This document shows positions 22,951 through 36,710 of a DNA stretch of 64,000 nucleotides, in pieces. Origin of the DNA: Octopus sinensis (taxonomy: Eukaryota); the NCBI RefSeq assembly GCF_006345805.1, contig NC_043002.1:25482001-25546000 (forward strand). The letters are read 5' to 3'. Every line of letters begins with the position of its first letter. Position 1 is the first letter of the stretch. Below the pieces are notes generated by a model, which worked only from the letters and a program-made list of their open reading frames with translations, was not told where the DNA came from and did not search any database. Both the position numbers and the translations under genes were made by a program.

Positions 22951-23949
22951 GGAGCTTAAATATTTTGTAACTTTGAATTGCAATTTTTACTGTTTTAAGA
23001 ATGTTTGTTCACAAGGAAAGGCTTTTAAATATAGTGAGCCCTAGCATTTGAATCAATATTGTAGGTGCTAGTTGCATTCTGTTTGTAATTAAAAGGGATG
23101 AGGTGCAATGTTTCCTTGATATGTGCAGTGACTTGCTATTTTACTATTGGAGACAAGACTGGGTTGACCACATTGGTGAATGCATTTGTGGTCTCTGATC
23201 ATAGTCAGTGCAGAGTTAACATGAGGTGTCTAAGTTGCAAATGGATAAAACTTGGGTGTAGAAGGCTAGGGAAGAATGATGGGTGTTGCCTGCAAAGAGT
23301 GGGCTTTTTTAGTGAATTTTTTATGGTTTATTATTGTATTGTTTTTGTTCTCTTCTTTGTTCAACTTTTAATTGGTGAGTGAGTTTTTGCCACTCCCAGG
23401 ACTAATTAGATAGATTTTATTTCAATGTGATCTAAAATGTCTGTATATGTGTCAGTGTTAATCATGAATCATTCTTAGCATTGGAAATGTATTTGTTAAC
23501 ATAATTTTAGTATGAAATGATATATTACATTAAGAAATTAGTCAAAGGCTAAAAATTTTATGGAGTTATGAATTGAACAATGTAGCTAGCTGCCATCTTG
23601 AATTTAGTACTCTTGCTCCATTTGAATTTTGGTGGGGCTTTTAAAGTATGTCATTTAATAGGGTGTTCTGCACTCAACGATGTCAGAATAAAGTTTATTC
23701 ACTTTAATGGTAAGGTAGTACATAATTTTACTAACTTAAAATCAAAATCATTTGTGTTGCTATTGTGACTCCATAGCAAAATCCATACTTGGACTCAAAA
23801 TACATTCATACATCCACCGCAAATAGAGGCAGCTTCTTTTATTTTTAAACTTTTTTTTTTAAATCCTTTCCTTCAAAGACTCATATGTTGAAATCAATGA
23901 GAGTGATCGTCGTCATCGTTGGAGGAGGAGGCGCCAACGTCGGCGGCGT

Positions 23950-24230
23950 TATAATAATAATAATTAATTCGTTTATTGGCCACAAGGGCTGACAAAAATT
24001 AATTAAAACATAAAGGGACAAAACACAGGACAAAAGTTACAAAGGGTTTTGTTCGTTTGCAAAAACTGTAAAAATTCCAGAGATAACAAAAATATAACAA
24101 TCGAAATTCCCAATAGGGGGAGGCGCTTCGAAAGGTTACTAGTGGAAAACCCCCCCAAAAAAGCCTGTTCAAAAGGGGGGTAGAGAGCCCCTTTCTCCTT
24201 TTATAATACCTTTTTATACTACAGGTGTTT
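23950..24230 (-). mobile_element. 3' UTR and terminus of an unclassified LINE-like element (AATAAA plus (ATT)n tail)
   Basis: Reverse complement ends ttgtcagcccttgtggccAATAAAcgaattaattattattattat. Confidence 0.55.
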
Positions 24231-24572
24231 CCTCAGAGTGGTCCATTTATTTAAGGATCATCATCACTACTATTATTCACCATTGCTACACCTCTACATT
24301 TACTCTCTATATAAACCATCTACTGTGTATGTGTGTATGGGCCGCATTTCCACACCTGTATATTATCTCATATACATACTGTACTCACATGTTGCAACAC
24401 CGCATCATTCTGTTATATATCCATATGTATACACAATATATATACACATGCACATATACATGTTACAACAACACACTGTACTTATATATATAGATGAACA
24501 CAATCACACACAAGCATTTGTTACAGTAACATACTGTTTTAACATATATATCCTCAATGCTTTGTTATGCAG

Positions 24573-24699
24573 AATACCAGAAAACCAGGACATGTTATAT
24601 GGTATGGTCAGACAAGGAGACCTTTGTATAGATACCTTGGGCCATACGGCTGAAGGTACTGTTGGATTATTCCATTGTCACAACTCTGGGGGAAATCAG
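24573..24699 (+). CDS. GALNT2: GALNT2 exon, lectin alpha repeat (KIPENQDMLYGMVRQGDLCIDTLGHTAEGTVGLFHCHNSGGNQ)
   Basis: ttatgcag|A acceptor and CAG|gttggt donor; 127 nt; CxDTLG and CHNxGGNQ motifs. Confidence 0.95.
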
Positions 24700-24929
24700 G
24701 TTGGTATTTTTCTATTTTCTTTTTCTTTTTTCCTTCTCATTTTTAACTCCTTTTGATTTGAAAGAACCACTAAATCACAGCCTACCGTTTTGAAAGCAAG
24801 GATACACTGGATAATGTGCACTTAGAAACACTGCTGAGGTGGCAATTGGCTGGTGATGGCCGGAATACTGTTGACCATTGGTCTGTTGGATGAGAGTTGA
24901 TTCAGGATTAAACAATGACATAACCCATG

Positions 24930-25290
24930 TTGCCATTGTGTAATAATGTAGTTATCATTACCACCATCACATCCATTACCACTATTCCTGTCATAACCTC
25001 CATCACCAACCACTGCCATATATCACCATTTCCATTATCATCACCACCACCACCATCTCCAACACCATCACCACCACCATCTCCAACACCACTACCATCA
25101 TCATTACCATCACCTCCAACACCACTGTTATCTCTATTGCTTCCAACATCACCACCACCAACATCATTACCATCACCCCCAACACCATCATTGTCTTTAT
25201 TGCCTCCAACACTACCACCACCATCACTACTACTTCCAATATCACCACTATCTCTGCAATCATTGCTACTATTATTATTATCATAATCAC
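24930..25290. repeat. Degenerate (CAC/CAT/CCA)n low-complexity tract with recurring ccatctccaacacca units
   Basis: Read directly; explains the Pro-rich and Gly/Asp-rich spurious ORFs. Confidence 0.85.
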
Positions 25291-25914
25291 CCAAGGTGAG
25301 CTTGTGCTTGGTTTCCTTAACTTACTAGAAATTGCAGCTAAATCTCCCTTCACTTGTATTATCTTGTGAAAGGAAAAGATATGTTGGATAATATAGTACT
25401 AGACATGTTTAAATCATTAAGATAGTCATGGTTGGATTGTTTTAGATTGCTGATCTGCTCTTTCAATGCTGCTCTTGGGTTAAACAACAACATGAACCAT
25501 CCAACTGAAGGTGCCACTTACTTTTGTCTCAGCTTTTTAAAAATAGCAGATTACATAGGATTATGTAGTGCTAGATACACTATATCTGAAACAGACAGGA
25601 TGGTCGTGGCTAGAACACCTTCTATCATAGGGTTGTTTATCAGTGCTACCCGGGGCTGAACAAGGTGAGAGAGAGAGGTGGGGGCTCTCTATGATGTTGC
25701 TCAAAATATTAGGACAGCAGCTAATTTTCCTTCTAATTACATTCTACTACCATTAAAATTGAGAGACCAATGTATTAGGTGTTGTTGACCTGGATGTACT
25801 AGATGGAGCAGTCATGGCTGGAACATCATTAGTCATTGGTCTGAGGGATCAACACTGACTGACTTGGTATAAAACAAGGATATCCAGTTATAATAGATAT
25901 ATATTCTATGTTGT

Positions 25915-26196
25915 GTACACACACACACACAAACGTACACACAAACACACACACACACACACAAACGTACACACAAACACATGCACACATGATACTCTTT
26001 TACTTGTTTCAGTCATTTGACTGTGACCATGCTGGAGCACCACCTTTAGTCGAGTAAATCAACCCCAGGACTTATTCTTTGTAAGCCTAGTACTTATTCT
26101 ATTGGCCACTTTTGCCGAACCGCTAAGTTACGGAGACGTAAACACACCACCATCAATTGTCAAGCGATTTTGGGGTGAGATGGGGGGGACAAACAT

Positions 26197-26230
<34 letters not shown>

Positions 26231-26492
26231 CACACACACACACACCACACACACACACAAACGTACACACAAACACATGCACACATGATACTCTTTTACT
26301 TGTTTCAGTCATTTGACTGTGACCATGCTGGAGCACCACCTTTAGTCGAGTAAATCAACCCCAGGACTTATTCTTTGTAAGCCTAGTACTTATTCTATTG
26401 GCCACTTTTGCCGAACCGCTAAGTTACGGAGACGTAAACACACCACCATCAATTGTCAAGCGATTTTGGGGTGAGATGGGGGGGACAAACAT

Positions 26493-26534
<42 letters not shown>

Positions 26535-26730
26535 CACACACACACACACACACACATACATACATACATATGACGGGCTTCTTTCAGTTTCCGTCTACCA
26601 AATTCACTCACAAGGCTTTGGTCGGCCTGAGGCTATAGTAGAAGACACTTGCCCAAGGTGCCACGCAGTGGGAATGAACCTGGAACCATGTGGTTGGTAA
26701 GCAAGCTACTTACCACACAGCCACTCCTGA
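25915..26730 (-). mobile_element. Family S SINE whose 3' half is tandemly duplicated (period 296 bp)
   Basis: gatactctttt at 25991 and 26287; both copies share private variants; a single head at about 26570-26730. Confidence 0.9.
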
Positions 26731-26921
26731 GCCCATGTAAAAAACGAAAAAAAGATGAGGTTGATTGTTGATGGATGGAACTTAACCAGGCAGAGACAGG
26801 GATAAATCAGCAAGATGTCATTTTTCACTTTAAGGTTGGGTGGTGTGAGTGGAAATTGTGCAGAATTTACAAAGTGATGTTACTTTTTCTATTTATTCCT
26901 TGATGGTTGGGACTTGTCTGT

Positions 26922-26960
<39 letters not shown>

Positions 26961-29900
26961 TCTCTCTCTCACATACATATTAACACAAACAGTCTCTGTT
27001 TCACATACACGCATACTAACACACACACACAAACACACTCTTCTTTTTCTCTCTCTCACACACACATACATATATATACTTATACTAACACATACATGAA
27101 TACACACATTCGTACATATGCATATATTAACACACATACGTATAGAAAGGAGAGGTTATTCTCTCCTATTTTCTCAACCTGGCTTTGATACAAGTAATTC
27201 TTGTCTAACAGGTAATAAACTCCTACTTTCTCAGTATCATTCTGGATTTCTTTGCTTCTTCTTCCTTTCACTTTAATTTTTAACACATTCACTCTTTCAC
27301 TTTATTGAAACCTTGAATGTGAAGGCAGCTTCAACAAGTTGTCTCTCTCCTTTCACTCCCCTTTCTGTATCTTTCCCCTCTATAACCCCCTCTCTTTATC
27401 ACTCTCTCTCTTTGTGACACTCACTCAACATACTATTATACATACAAGCATGACCTTGTGTCCCTCAGTCAACACATGTAGGGAAAAACATATCCCTCCA
27501 CCTCAGCTCTCTTTGAGAGAAAGGAAGAGAGAGAGAAAGAGTGAGGGGCAGAGAAAGAGAGAGAAGGACCAAAATGAAATTCAGTATTTGTGCTTTCTGC
27601 TGTCATAGCTACATACCCCCAATCCTATCATTTCTTCCACCCACCACCAACTCTTGAGGTAACAATTTACTTCCTCTGGTGGGTGTGTACTTTATTTACA
27701 CCACTTCTTCACCTTGATGCTATCCAGCTGTGTATATTTTGGTATGTAATCAAATACATGCATGAATATGCATCTGGATGTGCACTCACATTCATTTGTG
27801 AAGACTCATATGTGCACCCACATGTGAATGCACAAGTACTTCGCATCCTCTCCACATATGACCCATCTCCTAATATAATAATGAGCATAGTGTTTTTATA
27901 TATTTGTATATATATTTATTTGTCCATAATCACACCAGACGTGGAGGAGGAGAGAAAATAGTAATTCAGTGAAGGAGAAGTAGTGAGAGTAATAGCCCTG
28001 ACTGAGAGGGAGTGAGAGAAAGTAATAGCAATGAGAGAAAGGAAGGGGTGAAAAAAAAATCAGCATTTCAACTCTGTGTGAGTATGTATGTGTGTGCATG
28101 TACCAGGGAAGTATGCGAATGTTTGTATGTTTGATTATTATGTATGTTATTTATATTATAAAATATTACAATTAGTCATCATTATCGACAGCATGTGCTC
28201 AGCTAGTACATATATATAAATGGATACACATGCACACACACACATGCACACATACGAAAAACTTTTCTTGCATGGGTTTTTCATAAATGATGATGATGAT
28301 GATCTACATTTTTATACATACACATACATGCACACACACATTTACATGTGCACACACACATACACACAAAATCATACCAACTCGAGCAAAACAAGGGTGC
28401 TTCTGCATGGTGGTTCAATCGGCTAGAAATAACAGTCAAATCTCAAGTTAATCTACAGTCTTAAAAAGCCCACATTGAATAAATATAGTCCAAGATACAC
28501 TATGCCTTAAAAAAATGGATGTTTACAACTGGAACAACACAATTGTGGTGCATACAAATAATGTTCATGACTCAGTTTCAATTCTCAGCTGGAGCATGTT
28601 TACTTAGCTTAAGGGAAACTCATCATAATGTCCACATTGCATTCCTTACACATTGATATTCTTAAGCCCCATCTCAGCACTCCACCTCCACTCTCTCATC
28701 CCTATAGCTATCACTTCTTCCAACCACCGAACCACCGTTTGTCTTGATGGCACCAGTTTACTTCCTGATCAAATGCTTTCCAGCTGTGACCATCATGTCA
28801 TACTTTTAGGCATGATGGGTCCTCTATCAGTTTTGGCGATGACTGTCTGGCTCATTGAATTAACATGTAAGTGGCTGAGTACCCCACAGCCATATGTATC
28901 CTTAATGTAATTCTCATATAGAATCAGTATGATAAATCATCATCATCACTGTTTAATGTCCATCTTCCATGCTGGTATGGGTTGGATGAGCCATTGAGCC
29001 AGAGGAATATGCCAGGCTCTAGTGTCTGTTTTGGCATGGTTTCTATAACTGAATGCCCTTCCTTTTGCCAACCACTTCACAGAGTGTATGGGGTGTTTTT
29101 TTACATAACACCTGCACTAAGTAATTCACAAGACAAGATCCCTCAACTGAACAGCATGTAGTACTGAGATAGATGGCTTTATGCCAAGTGATGATGAGAG
29201 GTTAGAGTATGATAGAGGTCAGATACAGGTGTGATAGAGAGACAAATTTGACTTACAGGTATAATCCATTTGATAGGCTTCTAAGCAGTTTCTTTCTACC
29301 TTGGATCAACTCAAAGCTTTGGTAGACACACTTGCACAAGATACCATGCTGTAGGATTGAACTTGAGACTTTATATTTGCAAAGCAAACTTCTTAACCAC
29401 TTGGCCATCTTTGTGCCCACATTCTTTTGGCATAGTGTATCTAGGACTCCTCCACAGGGTGTCAGTCCTTGTGGTGTGGTGGCTTATTAGCCTTAGTAAC
29501 TCTGAAAGTTATGCTAGCAGTGTACAAAGTCCTGGTAGAGCCTCCCGTGTTGGACAGATCAATGAATGAATGGATGTTAGACTAATGGGCTTGCATAGGT
29601 CCAACACCCCTTACTAGAAAAAAAAAAGCAAAGTTACATTGATGATAATACAAAACCAACAAGACCTATAAAAGGGCAGCCTGGAGTTGAAAACAGTGAA
29701 CAAAAGTTGTAGATGGCCTATATTCCATACAGTGTAAAGGGGCTTAAGTAGGGTGGGATTTTGTGGGACATTTGAAGCAATATTAAACATAGTCTTTTGG
29801 CCTGCTAAAAATAGCAGTTCAGACAACCATGGGAGACTCATTGTTTTGACCTTTCTGTAATGTCTATCCAGAGTATTGGCCTCTCTTAATTTCTGACTTT

Positions 29901-30629
29901 GTTTAGCAACTAGTGGTGGTGATGATAATGGAGATGGAGGTTGTGATTGTGATGGTAGTTGAAGTTTTGGCTAAATAGCTGGGGTAGCGGAGGCTTCCCT
30001 ATCCTCTTTAACCCCACCCATCTCTCATCTGTCTGTTTGATGAAATACTCTGAGGTGACCTTTTACCTTTGTGTAAAATCTGTATAAAATATTCTTTGAT
30101 GACTGCCCTCTCCAGTGTGTAAATAATTCTCTTGTTCTATGAAGTATTATCTTATGACCTTTCCACCTGTATGTAAAACAACTTCATAATATTTTGGTAA
30201 TTGTAACAGTTTTCGTAAGTGACTTAATCATGTCTTTGAAAATGAAACAATTACATTGTGAAACAGTCATTGAAACAGTCATTTTTTAGCTAGTTTCAAA
30301 TATATTACATTTCACTTTTTGTTTATTTCATGATAGTTCCATGTGTCAATAACAAGGTCACAAATGTGTAATAAAACTATTTGACACATCCTAATTTCAT
30401 AATGTTATGAAATAAAAGTAAAAGTAAATGAACCAGTTTTGTTGAGGAGGATTGAGTTGTTTGATCAAAAAATTAGTATGTTTATGGCTGAATATTCCAC
30501 AGAACCACTGCCACCACCACAACCACCACCACTACAACCACCTTCATCATTTAATGTTTGTTTTTGTTGTGGACGCCCCCAGACGATGAAGTAGGCTAGC
30601 CCAATTTCAGAGTTCAGACTACTACAGTA

Positions 30630-30697
30630 GAGTAGCAGAGTAGCAGTCATAGTAGAGTAGAACAGAGTAGAGTGGAGTGGAGCGGAGCTGAGTAGTA
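30630..30697. repeat. (AGTAG)n pentanucleotide microsatellite
   Basis: Read directly. Confidence 0.8.
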
Positions 30698-31298
30698 GAG
30701 GCATCCGAATGTGCGACATAACAGTTTGCCATGCTGAATGGCTTGACAGGAGCTGGCAAAGACCCCCACACACACACACATCAGATTGCATAGTCTGTTT
30801 GGTTTGGTTTCTACAGCTGGATGCCCTTCCTAATGCCAACCACTTTACAGAGTGTACTGGATGCTTTTCAGAACATGGCACCATCATCAGTACTTTTTAA
30901 TGTGACATCAACACCAGTGCTTTTTACATGGTACCAGCACCAATGTTTTGATGTGGTACTGTCATTAATCTAATCATCTGATTGAATCAGCATGATACAG
31001 CATGTGTGATAAAGATGTGTTTTGCATTACAATTACAATCTATCTTATGAGCTGCACTGTTTTGCTTTGAATTGCTTACAAGGCTTGAGTCAAAACCAAC
31101 ATTATGGTTTACATTTGCCCAAGATACCATGCAATGGAATGGAACCTGTTGCTTTGTGATTGCAAATTATTTGATCGTGCTGCATCCATAATATTGTGTT
31201 TTGAAATGACTAAAATGACTCTTCTCTGATATAATTAATAAATGATGTATAATTATTTAACCTTATTGTTTACCTTGATATATCATTCTTCTCCTTAG

Positions 31299-31418
31299 GA
31301 ATGGGTGCTGTCTGAAAATGGCAACTTGAAGCATCTAGATATGTGTATTACGTTACCAGAGGTATTATCTGGTGTAGCTTTGAAATTGGCACAATGTGTT
31401 CCAGGTGACAAAATGATG
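31299..31418 (+). CDS. GALNT2: GALNT2 exon, lectin beta repeat (EWVLSENGNLKHLDMCITLPEVLSGVALKLAQCVPGDKMM)
   Basis: ctccttag|GAA acceptor and ATG|gtaagt donor; 120 nt, phase 0 to 0; aligns to human EWALTKEKSVKHMDLCLT...KLQGC. Confidence 0.93.
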
Positions 31419-32859
31419 GTAAGTCCTTGACTCCATAATTTTTATGCAGTTTCTACAATTTGTATAGAGGTTATTAGCATTGCTTAGACAGTATTTTTCC
31501 ACCTGTTATAACCATAATATACAGTTTAGGCCATTTACATCTCAGAGTTATGTTTATCAGAACAGTATGAAAAACTAAGGTACATAAAGTCTGATAAGGG
31601 CCTGTAAGAAGTGAAGTCTATAAGAAGTTTGTATGTCAAAGTAGGGCTGAAAGAGCTAATGAAAGCTTCATGAATATCCAGCCAGGCTTGTTACTGTGGT
31701 GGTTGCATTGGTATTTTTTTTTTAATGTTAAATGATGATAATGATGATGTCTGCTGGCATAGGGTGTGATAGTCTGAGTAATTTCTTATGCTATTCAGCT
31801 TACTTCCTACAGTTCAATGCTCTTCCTATCACCAACTACTTTACAGAGTGTATTGGTTGGGTTTTTTTCTTATGGCACCATTACTATAAAGATTGAATAG
31901 TCCTCAATGAGACTGGATGAAAGGGACCTCATGTCTTTACACTTTCTCAGCTCATTTGCCAATCACTTTACAGTGTGCAGTGGGTGCATTGTTTTGTGGC
32001 ATCTGTACTAGAGTGGTAATCTTGCTCAGTGTTCATATGAATAGAAAGTGTGATAGGGGAAGGTTTCCATCGCAATGTGAAATGGAATGTCTTGCTCAAG
32101 GTCACAATGTGTTACCTTGTCCGAAAATTGAGCCTATGACCTAATAATTGTGAGCTCAACACTGACCACTAAGTTACATGCCTTCACATTTATGCCATAA
32201 AAAATTTAAAAATTTAAAGAAAAAGTCAAATGTCAGCTAATGCTGCAAGAGAAACCAGTATAAAATTATACATCAATGTAGCAGCTATTTTGTGTGTATC
32301 ACTAAATATAATTGTGATGGTTTAGCTAGGGGATAAGAATGGCCAGGGATAATTGTGGTGATTTGGTGAGGAGATAAGAATGGATGCTGGATGAAAATTT
32401 GTCATTGTCTCGAGGTTAATGTTTGTCGTTGTTCGTGTTGAGTATGTTTATACTGATACAATTGCTCAAACTAAATATTTATTTAGCAGTTTTGGCTGCC
32501 ATTATTCTGTCATATTAGTAAGGTGATGAGCTGGTAGAATTGTTAGTGAGCCAGACAAAATACTTTGTGGAATTTCTTCTGATTTTTTACTTTCAAATCC
32601 TTCTGAGGTCAACTTTGCCTTTCATTCTTTCGGATTTGATAAAATAAAGTACCAGTCAATTATTAGGGTCAACTAACTTACTTCCTCTGAAAATTGTTGG
32701 CCTTGTGCCTAAATTAGAAGCCTGCACCTAAAGAAGAAAGAAAGGAAGAAGGAAAGAAAGAAAGAAAGAAAGAAAGATAAAGCTATAAAGATTAATATTG
32801 ATTCTTTTAATACTATTGATATGTAAATATTTTCTATTTTTTTCTAAAATTACTTTCAG

Positions 32860-33009
32860 AAATGGGTCCATATGAACAACAAAAGTATGTTTAAGCACCA
32901 GAAATACAACCTTTGCATTGACAGTCGGGATTTCCCAAATCAAGGACTTATTGTGATGCCATGTGATGAAACAGCCAACACCCAACAGTGGAAGTTCCTG
33001 TCTAGTTGA
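32860..33009 (+). CDS. GALNT2: GALNT2 terminal coding exon, lectin gamma repeat (KWVHMNNKSMFKHQKYNLCIDSRDFPNQGLIVMPCDETANTQQWKFLSS*)
   Basis: ctttcag|AAA acceptor; NLCIDSR and QQWKF motifs; TGA at 33007-33009. Confidence 0.94.
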   Translation, partial: KWVHMNNKSMFKHQKYNLCIDSRDFPNQGLIVMPCDETANTQQWKFLSS

Positions 33010-33044
33010 AACTAACAGAGGAGGGCCTGGTTCTTCTCCTTGAT

Positions 33045-33103
33045 CATCATCATTATCATCATTGTCGTCATTATTATTATTGTTGCTGTTATTATTATAA
33101 TTA

Positions 33104-33141
<38 letters not shown>
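33045..33141. repeat. (ATC)/(ATT)n tract in the GALNT2 3' UTR
   Basis: Begins about 35 nt after the stop codon. Confidence 0.9.
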
Positions 33142-33143
<2 letters not shown>

Positions 33144-33198
33144 ATCCCACTGAAGTTGACTTTTTTTTTCCCTCCCTCTGGAGAGGTTGGAGTGGGCC

Positions 33199-33204
33199 AA
33201 TAAA
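33199..33204 (+). promoter_or_regulatory. Candidate GALNT2 poly(A) signal (AATAAA) within a family M SINE remnant
   Basis: First AATAAA I found after the stop; GT-rich tgtttgtggctttgtg about 60 nt downstream. Confidence 0.35.
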
Positions 33205-33899
33205 GTACCAGTCGAGTACAGGGAACCCGAAGCAATTTCATCAACTGAGCCCGTCCCACTCCTCAATGTTTGTGGCTTTGTGCCAAAGTTAGAAATAATT
33301 ACCATTGTTGTTATTGTTATTATATCATTATTAATCATTACTATTATTATTATTACTACTTTTATTATTTTATTTTCAAATTCATAAAAAAACTCTTTCA
33401 AAAAAAGTTGTGATGAATAACCTTGTTAGTGCTACCCCGCCACCCTTACCACAGAGAGGAAAGAAAAGTTGTTTCTAATCTCACTTCTTCCTCTTTCCTC
33501 ATCACCAGTTGAAGGCTGTGACAGCTATACGAATTCTATAAGCCCCCCCCCCCAACTCTTCATCCTCTCCCTCCATTTCACCTCATCCTTCCTTCAACTT
33601 CTTACTTTATCCACCACCACCACCACCACCACCAATGCCACCGCCACAAATGCAACCGCCTCCACCGCCAATGCTACCACCAACAACACCACTATCATCA
33701 TCATTCTATACCATCTTGCCAATTACTATCACTTTTAAATTCTCTTTATTTCTTTTTCCGTTTTCCTTTTTTTGTGTTGGTTACAGAATTATTTGTTTCT
33801 TCATCATTTTTGGTTTGTCAATATATCATGTTATTTTATGATGGTGATGATGATTATGATGAATATTTGTATGTGTCTATATATATATATATATATGTT

Positions 33900-33939
<40 letters not shown>

Positions 33940-34653
33940 TGTATACATGTGTGTGTGTGTGTTTGAGAACCATTTATTTTCTTCCCATATATACACAATT
34001 ATAGGTATATATATTCCGTCCTCCCCCATGCTAACAAGGTGAAAATGAATGTTAACCTCACGGTGGTGGTGGTGGTGGTGGTGATAATGATGTTGATAAT
34101 GACTATGATGATGATGATGGTAATGTGTGTGTGTTTACACACACAGATGCATGTTTGTGTGTAAGTGTGTGTGACTTTACATGTGTTACTATGTAATTGG
34201 CATGCATTTACACGTACTTACGAATGTGGGTACACATGCAGGCAAATTGAGACATGTATCTCAGGATATACCTGCATTTCAACACACACCCATGCACACA
34301 TACATATATGCACTTGCACACATACATATACATGTTTGTGTATAATAAAAAAAATTTTTTCTTTTTCTTTGGGTTTTTTTTAATTTTTAATTTTTTTTTT
34401 TTTTTTTTTTTCCAGCATAAACTTTTCTCTGCTAATCCGAACCATTTACTGTATTCCTTGTTATGTATTGTTGTGTGAGGGAATGAACGAATACTCATGA
34501 ACTGGATTCTTGGATTCTTCTTGGAATGATTGCTTTGGAAAAGATTTTCTCTAGAAACTTCTTTGATTGATGGATTAGCTTAGTTTAAGCTCTTTGTCCA
34601 TCATATTTCCATACTGTAACTTTCCATTAATTTCCTGATCTCATGGTAGGATC

Positions 34654-34697
<44 letters not shown>

Positions 34698-34759
34698 GTT
34701 TTATATGCATATCTTACAATGAACTCAAACAGTTTTTAACTGTATCTTCTCTCTACATT

Positions 34760-35160
34760 TTCTTCAACTCTTTGAATGACGATGCCAGAGTGAACCTGTG
34801 ATTTATTATTCTACTGTTGACCATATAAACTCAGAAGTACTGAAATCTGGTGAATGAAAGGACCCAATCTGAGTGCTTGATGTCTGTTTGCCACTCAGCA
34901 AATCAATTTTGTTGCAATGTTGTCTTGGATAATTCCTTCACCATTGAGGAACGGTATCTGTCTCATAGAATGCAGTTGGCTGCTTTAAATCGACCAATAG
35001 TCATTTGAAGGCAATTCTATTGTGTAACATTACTTTAGGGCAAGGAGAAAGCCAATGTTAATGCTGCTGAAATCATCATATTCTCCACACAATGACTCAC
35101 AGTTGTGATTAGAGAGTCAGGATCAAAGATTTGTTGTTGCATTCTCCAAACATAAACCTG
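34760..35160 (-). mobile_element. Tc1-like transposase remnant
   Basis: Minus-strand VYVWRMQQQIFDPDSLITTVSH..., GIIQDN, HSPDFSTSEFIWSTVE match the Tc1 catalytic-domain pattern (VWR...CLVPTVKHGGGSV...FQDDN...QSPDLN.IE.LW). Confidence 0.7.
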
Positions 35161-35999
35161 ATTAGAATTTGGAAATAGTACAAGGACAACAATTAATGAT
35201 TTTTACATTCTGATTTCAAATCCTGTTGAAAATATCAGTAAAGTTCTGTGGTCAGTGTAATGAACTAACTTTCCCAAATTTCAGGCCTTGTGCCTATGTT
35301 AGAATATATATCCTTCTTCTATTGATTTTTCATCTGTCTTCTCTTGCTCATTACACCAATTTCTTTAACTTTCCACAATACTTCTCCCTTGTAGAAGTCT
35401 TACAAGTAGCAACAGTATCATAAAACTCAACTCTCTAAAGTTCTTCATGGACTGTTTTGGTGGCAGCTCCATACAGTCCTGCAGTCAACTTTGTTGTATA
35501 CTAGTACACATTTTTAGTAATAGCCATCGTTAATGTCAACCTGCCCCAATTTCTGAGCTTCCTTTTTTTATTTGGAGTTGAAAGACAAAATATCACTTTC
35601 AGCACTGTATCTCATGAAAAGTCAATCAACATCTGGAAAAGGAAACTACTTCTACCTGTGACCCCTAAAATATGGTCACATTGAAAATTCAATAAATCTT
35701 TTGTTAATGTAATCTTAAAATAATTGGTTTGAAAAATATGAGGTGGGGAAATTTCAAACCTGGGTTCGAAAAATAGTGATAAAAATACTTAGTTATGTTA
35801 AATATATTGTATCAGAAACAATTATCAAAAAGTTTTGTAAGTTATTAAATATTATTAGTTTAATCAATCCTTGGACTCTGATATACAAAACAAAAAAAAA
35901 TCATTAGTGTTTCTATTATTCTGTCCCTACCTTCTCTAAGTATATACACTTACATGTGTATTTGTGTTTATGTCTGTCTACCTAGCCACCCACCCATTC

Positions 36000-36000
36000 A

Positions 36001-36089
<89 letters not shown>
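36000..36089. repeat. Compound (CT)n(TA)n microsatellite; a similar (CTGT)n(CT)n(TA)n tract lies at 36580-36703
   Basis: Read directly. Confidence 0.9.
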
Positions 36090-36093
<4 letters not shown>

Positions 36094-36593
36094 AGTATGG
36101 TTAGTTGAAACCAGCACTGGTATCTACTCATAGTTTCCTTGTGTATTAGTCAAGCAATTCACAAGGTTGCTATGTTATAATAGACTTTAGTCTTGTCAGC
36201 TACTTATCAGCATTGTTTCGAAGTTTAATTTCACCATATCAACTTGATACTATGCATGGCACCAGGTACACCAACAGCTGATGGTTTCAGCCAATTGAAT
36301 CAAATTAATACTTTGCTTTCTCTTTTTTTTTTCTTTTTTTTTTAAATTACTGCTGGTAATGTGTGTATGTTTTATGTGTTTACTGTGGTTACTGTAGCCA
36401 CAAATGTATTCTGTGGTCACACTATGCAAAAGCAAAAGGAATGGTGTTTGGAAGATGTGTAAGTTGTTCTTGCCAGGAGTCACGTGTTACAAATATTAAT
36501 ATACACCTAGGTCTCAGTGTTGGTCAGTTCATTGATAGTCATCTCTCCTATATTTTAAAATGAATTTTTGAATTCCTTTCTGTCTGTCTGTCT

Positions 36594-36641
<48 letters not shown>

Positions 36642-36670
36642 TTCTCTCTCTCTCTATGTATATATATATA

Positions 36671-36710
<40 letters not shown>

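Noticed and set aside
24908-25353. Pro-rich (119 aa), Gly/Asp-rich (128 aa) and Val/Met-rich ORFs
   Set aside because: They are translations of a degenerate (CAC/CAT)n tract inside a GALNT2 intron.
26889-27188. THTH/CVCV/YIYI-type ORFs here and at 33772, 62916 and elsewhere
   Set aside because: They are dinucleotide microsatellite translations.
30700-30716. 12-nt match (catccgaatgtg) to the 11812 palindrome arm
   Set aside because: The match is too short and the flanks do not extend, so it is compatible with chance.
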